DNA of 52,856 nt, filler included, from Catajapyx aquilonaris (Eukaryota): NCBI GenBank assembly GCA_000934665.2. It is 2 parts of 2 records of this genome, joined end to end, with 100 filler letters (N's around TTAATTAATTAA, not from the genome) between each part and the next. Parts side by side here need not be neighbours in the genome. Positions count along the whole stretch, not along the records: positions 1 to 26,393 come from KZ539308.1; 1 more part is not named here. The stretch is one strand, 5' to 3'. Positions 1 through 12,728 of this stretch are shown piece after piece. How positions within the stretch are numbered: the stretch's first letter is position 1; the number at the start of each line of letters is the position of its first letter. A program made the translations under genes and the position numbers. The notes beneath the pieces were generated by a model. That model was not told the DNA's origin. It saw only the letters and a list, made by a program, of their open reading frames with translations, and did no database searches.

Positions 1-986
1 AGTCAAACAACACTCCCACCATACTGCACCATCAACATGTAGTGAGACATCACTTCAGACCTGCCTACTTCTCTCTTTATGGTGAATAGGCACATGAAGA
101 TCTGCAATTACGGCCATCAATGTAGCCATTCCACACCTACCCCACTCTGACAGGCCTATTTCTCCTCAAGGTGGAAAACGAAAGGTCTGATGTAGTGCAG
201 TGCAATTTTACATGATTAGTTTGTTGCACAAAACTCATCTTCATTTTGAAATACCTGTCAATGTTCAGCTCATGCCACGCATTTCATAATTTAGCTCATA
301 TCCGTATTGGCAGAAACGTTGCATATGACCCAAGCCCTGTTGGAGGAGACCTATGGGAGGTACGGGGAATTGCAAATGGGGATTCACCTTTGCTTCTTCT
401 CACCAGTTCAAATGCCCAGTGCACTTGAGATCAGGAGTACCAAATTCATGCAGGAATGTCTGTGACATAACAACTGATATGGTATCGCCACTGTGGCCGA
501 TGTGGTCCAGGTGCAATACACATATGAGGGGGTTGTGCACATGAATGGACTAACCACCAAAATCGTCGATTTTGAGTGAACAGCAGTTTCAAACGTAGGA
601 AAAAAATCCTCTATTTTATGCACTAATTTTCAATGTGATAACTCAACTCCTTCCTGTCTATTTAATTAGAACGCCAACAATTTACATTATGACATATAGG
701 GTATTTGTAACTTTAGGTTCTCCATTCTCCATTCGCACCTCTCGGCGCTTAGTCCATTCGTGCACTCAACCCCTCATACATGATGGCATAAGTTGACAAC
801 AGTTTGTTACTGCAGGTTACAGATCAAGGGCTGCCTGGAAACTCCTCCGTGGTGTGGCCCCACAGCCCCTTACATAAGGCACAAACAGTGCTAGCCTATG
901 GGTGTGGGGCGTGACAATGGGCATGAGCTAAATTATGAAACACATAGGATCAAGTATTTATATTTACCCTCCAATTGACACAATAC

Positions 987-2597
987 CTTTCATACTGCAT
1001 AAACACTAGGTTCCAGATCTCAACCACATCTGCTCTGCCTGCATTTACTCCATCAGCAGCACACTTCCGTCCGTCAAAATGATCGAAATGTATCTCAGTG
1101 CAGGGACCACAAGGGCCAGTGGGTCCCATCTCCCAGAAATTGTCAGCAGCTCCAAAGGGAAGGATGCGTTCCACAGGGACCCTAATCCAAAATAATTGTA
1201 AATGAAAGTGTTACATTCATCTGTAGGGACACTCTGCTCTTCTACAGGCAGTTACACACAAATGATTTTGTAGCAAAATGCATGCTCAGCTCATCATTCC
1301 CACTGAATGCTGGACCCTTTCACATGTGGTGTAACTTCAGCACAAAGAATTTGTCTTGTTATGACATGGCTGGAGCAATTGTAAGAAGAGAATTTTTGCA
1401 TGCATGTGCGTGTGGATTTAGCCCAGGGCTCCTTTCTCTTCTATAGCAAGAACTGCAGTACACGTAGGGTGTTGTAATTATGGTTAGAGTACTTCGGGGA
1501 GTGCCAAGACCAACAATATAGTATTGTATATGTATATCGATAGACCCCCACCACAAGACACTAGGAAAAGCAAAAGAGCATTTACTGTAGTCTTTGGACT
1601 CACAATCAGAAGTGTGGCAGCAATGTGCTTATGCTTAGATTATGCTGTTATTTTCCAATTTTTCATAAAAAAATTAATTCAAAAATTTTCACATGTAATT
1701 TTCAAACATGCATTAATGTGAAATGGCATAAAATGGGTACTTTCTGTAGGCTCATAAGCTCATAAGCTCTCATGCGATCCTTATGTTTAGGCTACACAAC
1801 ATGCAGTGTAAACCACATGCCAAGTAGCATGCATTGCACTACAAAAACATTCACGTGTAAACAGCTGTAGGGTCTAAAAGGAAAAACATGGATCCACTCA
1901 GCCTGAGAGCATAATTTAATTAACGTTTCCAAAATAATATCATCAGGGGAGAGCATCAAGATTGTCAGTAAATCAAGTGAATTCCATGAATTCCTCCTAC
2001 CCTTCCCTGATTTTCCCATTCACACTACCTGAAATTGAGCTAGTGAAATGCTGTATAGCTAAGTAACTGTTACCCTATCTCTGCCCAAATCTCCTTCGTT
2101 TCCAAGTCAGCTTCCATCCTTTGCTTGGCATCTCCTCCAAAATAGGTCACATACAGTCTGTTTGCATCCATCCCAAACTCTTTGGTGAGTAGTTCCCATG
2201 CAAACTTGCATGCCTCCTTTTTAAAGTAGTCACCAAAGGACCAACTTCCCAGCATCTCAAAGAAGGTGTGATGAGTGCCATCTTTCCCCACTGCATCCAG
2301 GTCATTATGTTTACCCCCAACTCGAATGCACTTCTGTGAGTTGGCAGCCCTAGGAGGTTCAGGGCAAGGACTCAAACCCAGAAACACTGGCTTAAATTGG
2401 TTCATGCCTGCATTAACAAATGGCAAGGTAGGATCTTCACGAGGAAGGACTGGGCTTGAGCGAATGTGTTGGTGGCCACGAGACTGAAAAAAGTCCAGGA
2501 AGATTCGCCGCAATTCTGATGAGCTGTGTTTGGTGTAGCTCATGGAGCGAATTAGTACCCAAGCTGGCCTCCATCTTTGCAGTCTCAGCAGCAACAT
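987..2597 (-). CDS. AARS2: Alanyl-tRNA synthetase, probably mitochondrial; first two coding exons (2597-2074, 1181-987), gene continues leftward (no further exon recognised in the window)
   Basis: Conserved AlaRS N-terminal motifs ([82 protein letters not shown]). A GT-AG phase-2 intron joins [11 protein letters not shown]. The Arg/Leu-rich N-terminus ([11 protein letters not shown]) resembles a mitochondrial presequence. A splice acceptor lies just before the ATG, implying an upstream non-coding exon. Confidence 0.93.
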
Positions 2598-2720
2598 ACT
2601 GGAAAAAAGAGTTTTGTGTGTTTGAACTAGATTTTTTTTTAAACTACTTTCTGGGAAGGAACCCTGACACAAGTATCATACCAAACATTTCAGTGAAACA
2701 ATGGATCTTCGAAACTGACA

Positions 2721-3140
2721 TCTATAATATTAAAATCCTTGCGGAAGTTGGCTGAGCCCTCTGATTGGTCCGCCGCATATTGTTACCGCCACCTCCCCAT
2801 TGGCCAGCGTTCTACTCCTGCGCCATGGGGTGTAAACAATGTTGGGTTGCCGGGGAAACTGTCCATTCCTTTCTCTATATTGTTGCCCAGTTGGCACTAC
2901 TGTGAAGTTGCTTACAGAGTCAGGTCCCTTTATGGAATGACAGACCAGGCAGACATGTTCTCGCTTCTCACTAATCGGGCTGTTCGAAGACTGCTGGAGG
3001 GCTAATGTTACACCCTCCCCCAGTGATATGGTGCGCCGAATAGTTACCCCAGGCCGCAGGCCGAGAAAAGAGTGAGCGAAGCGAGTGATTTTCTAGGCCT
3101 GCACCCTAGGAAAATGCGAGCGGAGCGAGGGTTTTCCTAG
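2721..3140 (+). mobile_element. Non-autonomous Helitron, family A, copy 1
   Basis: Starts TC (TCTATAATATTAAAA), ends CTAG, lies between A and T with no TSD, has a subterminal GAGCGAAGCGAG-type motif; second copy at 27022-27243. Confidence 0.85.
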
Positions 3141-3433
3141 TTTTGCATTTAAAATGCTTGTAATCCATTATCGTCATTATATAAAAGTTCATGGATATAA
3201 GGCCCATGTATAGGTGTAGATAAAATTTTCTCTGTCGTGCAACAATTATTGTATTCCAATTAGGCAAAACATGGCATCATGTAACACCTATATTGGACAC
3301 AACCTATGGGAAAAAATTGTGAATAAAACTCTTAAGATTGGCTGAAATAATCCAGAACGAATGCAGCAGTCACAAACCTGGAACCTGCTCTCCTGAAGTT
3401 GGGTCCATCCACTCATTTGTATAACTTAATGTA

Positions 3434-4100
3434 CGAGGGCTGTACCAAATTGATTACAATTTTTTTTTTGCCGAAAATACAGGGACCATGCAGGTCGGCA
3501 AATAGGCACACACTATTGACAGAACCCTCCCGGAGCCGAATGCACAGGAGTCATGGGTGTGGCAACCTCTCCAGGCCCCCCAGGAACCACTTTTTGGAGG
3601 TGCGACACACCTACTATCGGACAACAACTGCTCACCGTCAGTCAGCAATTATCAACAATGTCCTTAAAATGGTTTTGGCGAAGGAATTTTTCCATTGATC
3701 TAGCTTTGAGTGCTTCCACACTCACTGTACTCCCCTGGCCTGGCCTTCAGTGACTTTGTTTGTTTGTTTGTTTGTTTGTTTGTTTGTTTGTAATACCCCG
3801 TGACCGTGGGCCACCATGCCCCCCGCCTCCAGTGACTTTCATCTGTTCTGATATATTTAAAAATTCTCTTCGCCGATGCCATTTCGAGGACATAGTTGAC
3901 TGTGAAGAGTTGTCCGGGTGTCAGGGCACCGCACCACCAAAAAGTGGTTCCTGGAGGGTCTGGAGAGGTTTACCAGTGCCAGTGCCAGTGAATTCTGCTC
4001 CGGGAGAATTCTATCTATAATGTGTGCCTATTTTGCGACCTGCATGGGCGTTGTGTCAGTGGAAAAAAACATATTGTAAAAAATTTTGGTACCGCCCTCG
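3434..4100. mobile_element. Mariner-type foldback MITE
   Basis: TA|CGAGGG...CCCTCG|TA termini with TA duplication; imperfect inverted arms of about 260 bp; (TTTG)n near the centre. Confidence 0.85.
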
Positions 4101-4186
4101 TAATTGAAGACCTTGGGGGACGAATGATCAAGGTCCACTTTTTGTCAAAAATGAGTTACATATCTCAGAAGATAGTTTCACTAGTG

Positions 4187-4475
4187 CAGCGGTTCTCAAA
4201 CTGTGTTCTGCGGAACCCTAGGGTTCCGTGACACCAGCGTAGGGGTTCCGCAAAAGATTTGGAAAATATAAAAAATAAAATTTTGTACCTAAAAAACAAT
4301 TGCATCATTGCCTTGAAAAAAAAATATTTAACATAACCTTGCCCTACCATTTAACAACAAAAATACTTATAGGTATTCCTAGCATAAATTATGAGTTAAG
4401 ATAAGTGTTCAGGGTTCCGCGAAAGAATTATGAGGTAAATAGGGTTCCGCGGAACAAAAAGTTTGAGAACCGCTG
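4187..4475. mobile_element. hAT (Charlie/Buster-like) MITE
   Basis: TIRs CAGCGGTTCTCAAAC / GTTTGAGAACCGCTG; perfect 8-bp TSD CACTAGTG (4179-4186, 4476-4483); internal GGGTTCCGC repeats. Confidence 0.92.
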
Positions 4476-4674
4476 CACTAGTGTATAATATGATGGTTTG
4501 GTTGTGGTTGGGGAGTAATGATCATAGGTCACAATGGAAGGCCCTGAAAGTGGGATTTATAAGGAACCTCATGGGCCTTCAAAATTTAGAATTGGAATAT
4601 CTCCGTTTCACGTGAGGTGGACCTTAATCGTTATTCACCCGAGGTCTTCAATTAGCCTCAGAATATGACTGACA

Positions 4675-4992
4675 TCTATATAAATAAAGCCGTTTGTGAG
4701 TCTGTCTGTCTCTCTGTCTGTCTGTCCGCCTGCCAACTGACATTTGCCTGCCATCTGTGCTCCACCCCCAGGCCGGGAGAGTATGGAGGTGTTGGGGGGT
4801 TGACTACAGATGGCAGGCAAATGACGGTTGCCATTATACAGGTGGGAGAGGTGGAAGGTGTTGGAGTAGCAGGACCACAGATGGCATTGGTGGGCGGACA
4901 CACAGAAAGACAGACAGTTGACGGGGGTACTGGCTGGCAGGTGTTTTCCCTTCATTCATTTCTTCCTGGGCAACGCCGGGTGCCGCAGCTAG
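4675..4992 (+). mobile_element. Non-autonomous Helitron, family B (Lep1-like architecture)
   Basis: A|TCTATATAAATAAA start, (CTGT)n near the 5' end, subterminal hairpin CCTGGGCAACGCCGGG, CTAG|T end. Confidence 0.88.
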
Positions 4993-5935
4993 TAATAGAT
5001 AACAATGACTGTGAACCAGCCCCCTGCAACTCCTACCCCAGGTTTATGGACACAGCTGTGAGCTTAGTGCCTTTATGGTCCCCAAGGCAGATGCGGGCAG
5101 AAGCCTTTCGAACGAACCCAAACTGTCCTTTCTAATGCAGCTGAGACCAGACCCCATTCGCATGGTCCTCCACAATCCGCCTGAATCCAACTTGGGTACC
5201 TGGAGTGCCAGCAGTGCCAAAAATCCAAGGTAGTGGAGACTCATTTAGCTCATGCAAAAGGAGAGGAAGTTGGGAGGGGGGGGGGGGGGTGCTATGAACC
5301 ATGCCCATGATGTTTGGAAAGGCCAGTACTACTCCAATAGTCCGTTCCCATTATTAGACGTTTGAACAAACACACTTTCATTTCTTGAGAGATAAGAAAT
5401 ACTTGTGGCCCCTTTTCTACCTCAGATAGACCTCAAATTACAAACCCGCAACCAATAATGGACCGTAATGGACAAACACACCTTTTAGCCAAGCCACAGA
5501 AGTTCATCTGATAAAAGTGTTGCCTCATGGAACGCGAGGGACACAGCTGTTCCGTATAAGGTGTGTGGCAGCAGGTTACTACCCAGTGTACACTGCAATA
5601 CTTCAGTGAAGGGGAATCAGTATGCCAGTGTCTGAACCGGTACAGTACAACAACGTAAAGATGAAACACGACACTTGGTGCTTGCTTCGCTCCTCGGCGC
5701 TCCGCGGTTTTGGCGCGTTGTTATCTTCACTTGTTTTGTTTTGTAAATAGCTTCTCTCCAGAGCGAAGTCGTTCAACAGTTCTAACAACTAACAAGGCGG
5801 CTCGCGGCTGTGACGCTGTGTCAGCTCCGGTCAGCTCCATGGTCACTTGGTCAGCTCCACGGTGGTCAGCTGCTCTATGGCAGATTGGCAGGGTTGAACC
5901 GGGTTGAACCATGGGTTGAACAGAGTACCAAGGTT

Positions 5936-8900
5936 CTACGCTTGGTACGATTCCCCAGCTGCCACATCGTCTGTTAGACTCTGCATAATGCTAAAGATAT
6001 GTCCTTCCTGGAGATTCAGCGAGGTAGGGGTGTCCATCGGATCCACGTGGCGGCCTTCGCACATCAAGTGTATCAGGGAGTCATGCACCTCCTGGAAATA
6101 ATTTTCATCATGTAAAGAAACCATTAGAATTCTGCGCAGTGATCATCACACTAAATACTACAACATTATAATGTAGCATGCAGGTAAATCCAGTGTATGC
6201 AGAATATCTTGGTAAAAATATAGACTATTGATCAATCAGGAAATCTCTTATCTACCATACCATAGTTTAGTATGAAGGTTTGGACATCCTAATAAAAACG
6301 TAAGACACTGACCATGATTCACCCGAGCTACCATTCAGCACGAGTAGGATTCATCCAGTATTAACATATTTGTATTCACCCCCTTGGTTTAGCAATATTT
6401 TCAAAGGTCATTTTTAGCTCATTTATCATCATCATCATCACAACATTTCCCTATAAGGGATAGTCAGCGATGAAGGGAGACGCAAGCTAACCTAACATAT
6501 GAACTAAATTAAAACTTGTAAAAATAAACATATAAACAACCAGTCCACCCCCCACCCCTGCCCATCTCAGACGACAGACACAGAATATTAAATTAAAATA
6601 TTACACTCTGCAACACGGTAATTTGCCAATTCAAGTCCTCCGCCCTTCGCCACCAGCCACTACTCCGGACGCCCTGGCCACGCCAACGTGTATGGCACCA
6701 CCCTTGCACCTCATCGACCCCGCCAAGGACGTCCCCTCTACCGCCGGAGCGAAGGAAACCTTATCCTCAGACCTATTTACCTATTTACCCATTAATTAAC
6801 CTACGCCATTTACACCTATCCAATCAAACAACCTTAGCCTCAGCCACGTCCATGGTCCTATTGGTTAAGACACTGACCCACCTGGTCCAACAATGTCTTC
6901 CTAGGGTAGCTCATTTAGCTCAAGTAATAATTGCCCAATCTAGTAGCAATCACCTGTCCAAATTATCTTAAATGACATAAGTTCATCTTCACTAAAGTGT
7001 GAAAGAACTCTGCAGTAAATCCTAACAGCCTCCATAATTAGTTGCTCAGTTCAGAAGCATGTGCTTGACCAATTCTGAAAATAATTGAGGGCTTTCTCGG
7101 AAAAACCCCATATGTCATCAAATTTGAAAAAAATTAGTTAAGGGTAGTATTACATACTTTCGGAAGCCCTCCATGCATTGCTTCTCTCCAATTTCTGAAA
7201 AAATTTCTGTTGTTGAAGATATTGAAGGGAAAAATCAGCCGCTTCCAACATTTTCCTACAAAACCCCACATGTCAAGTGTGATTTCCCGGAACAATCCCA
7301 CATGTCAGGGGTGACATGTGAGGTTTTTCATGGAATGATAGAATTAGATGGCTTCAGGAGTATCTGGGAAAACATAGTATGTCCCCAAGATGATCTAAGC
7401 ACTACCCCAGCATAATCCCTGCCAATGTCGTTGAGCCAATCATGAAACATATGGTAAGTCCTTCAAGGCTCTAGAGTCTCCCTACTCGTGGAGGAAAAAT
7501 TGACATATGTACATATTACCTTCCTGAAAAGCTTTCCGTCAGCCTCATGCACAAAATGTTATATGACGAAAATAAGCCACAACTTCATGTCATTTAGAAT
7601 GTTTACAGGAATATTTTCATTCAGAATTACACGAAAGTTTGGCATGCCTGGAAGAGACACATGAGACTATTCTGTATACAGGATTGCAGAGTGTGTCGAA
7701 GAAATTGAAAATTCCAAGCTCATGCAGGAAAAAGGAACTGCATCTTGCTAAAGCTGAAAATTTTATCAGTTGTCCAGTTCCTCTACAATCTACATGACGG
7801 TGCACTGCAATAACCCATGTGTATCCGATAAGAGGACTTATTTTACTCTCAAATGATCAGGAAATTGGTGTGATCAATGAATCTATGCATAAGAGGTGAT
7901 ATAATTATGTAGGCCTACATATTTCCATGAAAATAAGGTAGTTTTTGTGATAATTCTGGAAAAACCTCATATGTCACAAATTTCAAATTAAGATTATGAT
8001 CATTTTAAATAACATTGTAGTGTGTAATTTGCATAGTTGAATACAGATGTATGTCATCCACACTACAATAAAAAAACAGACTGGCTAAGGCAATTAGTAC
8101 GACCCATGGGCAGTTTTTTTGTTTCCTGAAAAATTGTTGTCCCTTGACATGTGGGTTTCTTCCAAGAAACCCCTAAATTGCAACTTGAAATAAGAGAAAA
8201 TTGGATATACTAACAGCACGGTTAGCATAAGCCTGGATCACTTTGCTGAACTTTGTGTTCCACTTCAGCTTGAGTTGAAATTCCATACCATCCTCCTCCC
8301 GTTCAATGTTTATGGCTAAATATCCGTCATCACGGTTATAGATAACCACATAGCCCTGCACATAGAAATGGAAGAAAGAACAATGTTAGCATCACCTGAT
8401 GGGAGGGGGTTGCTTGATGATTTTGGGAGTAATATTGGTAGCTGCACATATGCTTTTCACTTGTAACTATACATGGCAACGGGAAAAATGATTCACATTT
8501 TCTCAAATTTGCTGTGTCACAGATAGTGTTGTGTAGGCCAGAAAAACTGGCTTGGTTTTTGGGCTGTTCAGGTTTTTTGCAAGTCTCGTAATACAGTAAC
8601 AGGAAAGGTTGGTTGTTTTTTTTAATTTTAATAATACAAGACTGCATATATGAACTGTTTCGTTTTTAAACAGGATTGATTTTAACCGTTATAAACAGCA
8701 TGTCACTGTCTTATCTCTTTTTCATTTGCAACATCTAGGCATATATAATTGGAAATAGCATAGCATGTGTATGTGACAGGTGAAAACAGTTTTGTACTCT
8801 TCAAAGGGTCTAATGGTAACTGTTTTAACAATTATGTTGAGTATTTTTTTATTATTTATCATACCCCGTGCTAGAGCCTTTGGCTCTCTTAGGGGGGTGG

Positions 8901-9785
8901 ATTACCACCATTGGATGGGACCAGGGATAGGGAAGGAAGGAAGCGGCTGTGGCCTATTTTTACGGAAACTACCCCGGAATTGTCCTGGGGGGACCATGGG
9001 AAACTACAGAAAACCATGGTCAGGGTCGCCGGCCCCGGGATTCGAACCCAGGACCTCCCGATTAGCAGGCCGGCTCCTTATCCCCTACACCAACCTGCTT
9101 CGGTCCAATTATGTTGAGTAATTTTGATGGTAATTTTCAAAAAGTTGTTGTAATATTTGCCGGAATGCTACACTTGGTCTCTGCTGATCCTATTACTATC
9201 CTCACAAAACCTTTTCCATTACAATAAGTAGGCTCCCTTGTACTGTACATTTGGGGATGCCTAATGAGAGCAGAAATGATGGGGATTCATTGGGTGGAAT
9301 ATTCCCCTTTTTGTCAACAGTGACTTAGCAGTGAACTTTGCAGCCATCATTCCAAGACAAGTCTATTTTGGGCCATATTGGTTATGGGAAAGGTCAATGA
9401 CCTTTCATAGAAGGGTAAATGGAGGGTTCCTCTCACATCAGCCGTGTTTCTCGCCTTATTAGCAGAATGTTAGAGAGACCCGAGGTCCTCTCTAACACAC
9501 TGCTTCATAGCAGTAACTGTGCTTAGCAGTGAAACAAAAATTCCATAAATGCCACTGGAAATATATTGTGGGTGGAGCTTCTTAGCAATAGCTAGCAGCA
9601 TGTTAGCAGTAATAAGGCAATTTCTTGAACAGACAATGGTTCCAGAGATGAATTCTAGGATGACTATTGACTCTACAGTCTACATGTTTGTCCGATTCAT
9701 AAATTAACACACCCTGCATACTCACCATGGCTACTTCCTGGAAGTTGTTTCGAACCAGGAAGCACTCGTCCCTCAACTCGTCCAT
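5936..9785 (-). CDS. Divergent SUMO-like (ubiquitin-fold) protein, 118 aa, 3 exons (9785-9726, 8355-8215, 6091-5936), no C-terminal GG
   Basis: Three GT-AG phase-0 exons give MDELRDECFLVRNNFQEVAM|GYVVIYNRDDGYLAINIEREEDGMEFQLKLKWNTKFSKVIQAYANRA|EVHDSLIHLMCEGRHVDPMDTPTSLNLQEGHIFSIMQSLTDDVAAGESYQA*. By eye this follows the SUMO pattern (F.lK..T...K...AY..R / G..v...DTP..L...EG..I). Confidence 0.75.
6426..6906 (-). mobile_element. 5'-truncated RTE-like LINE 3' end
   Basis: Minus strand encodes a decayed RTE-type C-terminus (PRKTLLDQV...MDVAEAKVV*LDRCKWRRL); (GAT)n tail; 11-bp TSD TAGCTCATTTA (6415-6425, 6907-6917). Confidence 0.75.
7089..8173. mobile_element. PIF/Harbinger-like MITE
   Basis: Imperfect TIRs of about 28 bp (GGGCTTTCTCGGAAAAACCCCATATGTCA / TGACATGTGGGTTTCTTCCAAGAAACCCC), TGA/TAA flanks, internal repeats of the AAACCCCACATGTCA motif. 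Confidence 0.6.
8844..9105 (-). mobile_element. tRNA-derived SINE, family 1
   Basis: Homologous to 19540-19871; pol III box B on the minus strand; perfect 15-bp TSD CAATTATGTTGAGTA (8829-8843, 9106-9120). Confidence 0.9.
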
Positions 9786-11689
9786 TCTTGTTTACAGCGG
9801 TTTACAGGCTGTGCTCTCAAAGTATATGAGTGTGGTTGTTCAAAAACACCTTAACTACTACTCCGGAAAAAACCTATCTCTTCTTAGAACAAAAATTAAT
9901 ATTTGTTTCCAGAGGAACCTTGCAGATCCGATTGGAATTCTTTTCGGAACCAAAATTCCAGGGTTGCCAGGTCGGAAAATTGCAACATGCCATTGTTGAA
10001 ATAATTGTCCTTTGGCAAATGAATGAAGGATTGGCCGAATGCAATGAGAAGTTTTAAAAAGAGATTGAAAAGAAGGCTTCGGAGGTAATTGTGCAATAAC
10101 TAGCGGTGTTGCCACAATAGCGGGAATTTCAAAATGACAGTTTTTCCATAGCTGCAGAAATGAAGGGTTTTAACTTATGTCACTTTCCCTAAATGGGCTT
10201 CACTGGGATTTCTATTACTTCAAGACAGGTGCAGCATGCATGTAAAAAAATTAAATCTACTTGAAGACGCAGTCAAAAATGGGAACTTGGAGTTTGCCGC
10301 ATTTTACAAGTTGACCTCTGCCCCCCTCAAAATGTGATCACAGGGTCATTTTGAGCAGGTAACTTTAGGTGCGACTCTCATCCCTTGGGGTGGGCTACCA
10401 ATGCACCGAATTTCAAGAAAATCGGTGAGTGGCACTTGGAATATAAAGTGTCTCTTGTTAGTGCAGATGACAATTTTGTAGTGCAATTTGCACTTTTGTA
10501 TCCGAGTATTTCGACTGCTGGAATCAATATATGGGCATACCACCTGAGCTTAGCATGGAGAAGTACAGTATTTTAAATAAATGCAGATGGAAGCATGATT
10601 TTTCGGAAAACCTCATACATTGGTAAGCCCTCTGAAAGGTGTCTTGAACCTGCCAGATTCGCTCGTTTACCAGTGTGCATATTCTTGTAATATGGCCGAT
10701 GGAGAGAGAGACAGTGACACTTTTTGAATATGTGACTTCAAATGTGCTTAAGATAGTGGGGAACGAAAAGAAAAATATCAACCAAGCCGTGGCCCATTTT
10801 AGTCTATAAATTATGTTGCATATACAGTACCAGTACATTGTAATGTGTGTTAAGATATATCTTAAATTAAAATTATTATTTTCCGATAATAATGACAAAA
10901 ATTCAATATTCAAAAATTTTAAATGCATATAACTCAAAAACCGTTTCCTCGAGAAATATTTAGCAAATACATGTGAGATCAGAGCAGAAAAAAATCGTTA
11001 AGAACCACCCTATAAACTCATTGGGATCTTGGAGATTTAAAAGATATCACTCGGCAAAAAATGTAAGTTATCTTTTAAATCTTTTAAATCTCCAAAATCC
11101 CACTCTAAAACACGCACCATTTGTCCTGTGACACATTCCAAAGGTTTATTTTTATACAGTTGACTCCGGAGATAACAGCCCTGGCTATAACAGACTCGAA
11201 ATAATTGGGGAACTAACTGTAAGTTCTTCCGCGCATTTAAACAAACACACATGATGTAAGTGGATTGTTTGAGCAACATCTTTATGCTGTAAATAAGCCA
11301 TGTTCCTCAGGGGTCCGAAATACATACAAATCCGACTTATGGACATTTTCAGAAACGTAACCCCATTCGTAGACTGGGGACTTCGCGTATTTTAATATGT
11401 TCACACAATCACACTATAAAATACAGTTTTACGCAAATGTGTGTGTGTGGGAGGGGTCACAGGTTACTTGGTTATTATAAAAGGGGGTCACGACTGGAGA
11501 AAGGTTGGGAACTACTGGGTTTTTATAACCACATACTTGGACAGGGGTAGTGGCCACAGACGTCAGACGTGAAGAATATGCCAGTTTATTTCATGTAAAA
11601 CATGGCAGGTTTGAGTTTCAAACTTGTACTTGAAAGAATAAGCTCTTTGTACCTAATAGTACATATAATTAAGGAAATATTGGTATTTA

Positions 11690-11995
11690 ATAATAATATT
11701 ATAATAATAATTCATACCCCGTTATCAGCTGGCGGCTCTTTAGCAGGGGAGTTCATCCCAATTTTGTTTTGACTGGAACTCTTTGCTTTCATTTACTTTG
11801 CTTTTTGGGATAGGATAGGGACGGAAGGACGAAGCGGCTGTGGAATATTATTTAGGGAGCAATCCCGGAATTCTCCTGGGGGGACCGTGGGAAACCACAG
11901 AAAGCCACGGTTAGGATAGCCGGCCCCGGGACTCGAACCCAGGACCCCCCGTTTAGCAGTCGAACACCTTATCTACGCCACCAAACTGCTTTGGT
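11690..11995 (-). mobile_element. tRNA-derived SINE, family 1 (older copy)
   Basis: Same body (GAAGCGGCTGTGG...CCCGGAATT.TCCTGGGGGGACC...TCGAACCCAGGACC), (ATT)n tail, degraded TSD. Confidence 0.85.
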
Positions 11996-12067
11996 GAAAA
12001 TATCGATATTTATTGTACTGCTTACCTACATTTACCAGGCGCCATGCACATGATGCTTCACTTAATG

Positions 12068-12361
12068 CAGTGGTTCCCAACCTTTTTCCATTGTGATCCT
12101 ATCTACAACCTTTCCTTGACCCGGCGACCCACATGACCTGCCCCTCCCCCCAGCCCAATCTCGTTTTCCCCCCAAATTTTTAATTACCAAAATGTTTCAA
12201 CCAGCTACAGTACAACACTTATGTAGATTTGAGTTGAACTTACCCCCACAATTCCCTTATTTTCCTTATTTAAAAAAAAGTTATGTAAATTACTTTTTCC
12301 TAGACTACACCGTGACCCTTAAAAACATGTTGGCAACCCAATTTTGGGTTGGGAACCACTG
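12068..12361. mobile_element. hAT (Charlie-like) MITE
   Basis: TIRs CAGTGGTTCCCAACC / GGTTGGGAACCACTG; TSD ACTTAATG / ACTTAATC (7 of 8 match). Confidence 0.85.
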
Positions 12362-12728
12362 ACTTAATCTGACTTTCAGAGCAGCAGAATATATGCATTC
12401 AAGCCCCTCCCACCATTCAAGCCCTGGATCTAGCTAGGACAGTGTGTTGTAGCCTAGCTATGAAAGAGGGGGCCTGTGGCCTGAGTACAGTGTAATTCAA
12501 AATTTTATTGGGATGCATTCTCATACTAAAATCATCCCTAAAATAAATTGTGCCAGGGATGTGTCACCTTTATGAAGTCACAGAAAAACTATTTTCTTCT
12601 TTATTCAGTAGCACCATATGACTGTTCGATATTATACACTTGTGCACATTTCAAAATATTGAATCACCATCTTCCATTTGGGAATAATGGGAATGTACTC
12701 AATATATTATTACTGTGAGTCAAGATGG

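Noticed and set aside
2598..2672. N-terminal extension of the AlaRS ORF shown in the ORF track
   Set aside because: It starts at a non-ATG codon within a polypyrimidine/acceptor region; the ATG at 2597 is the plausible start.
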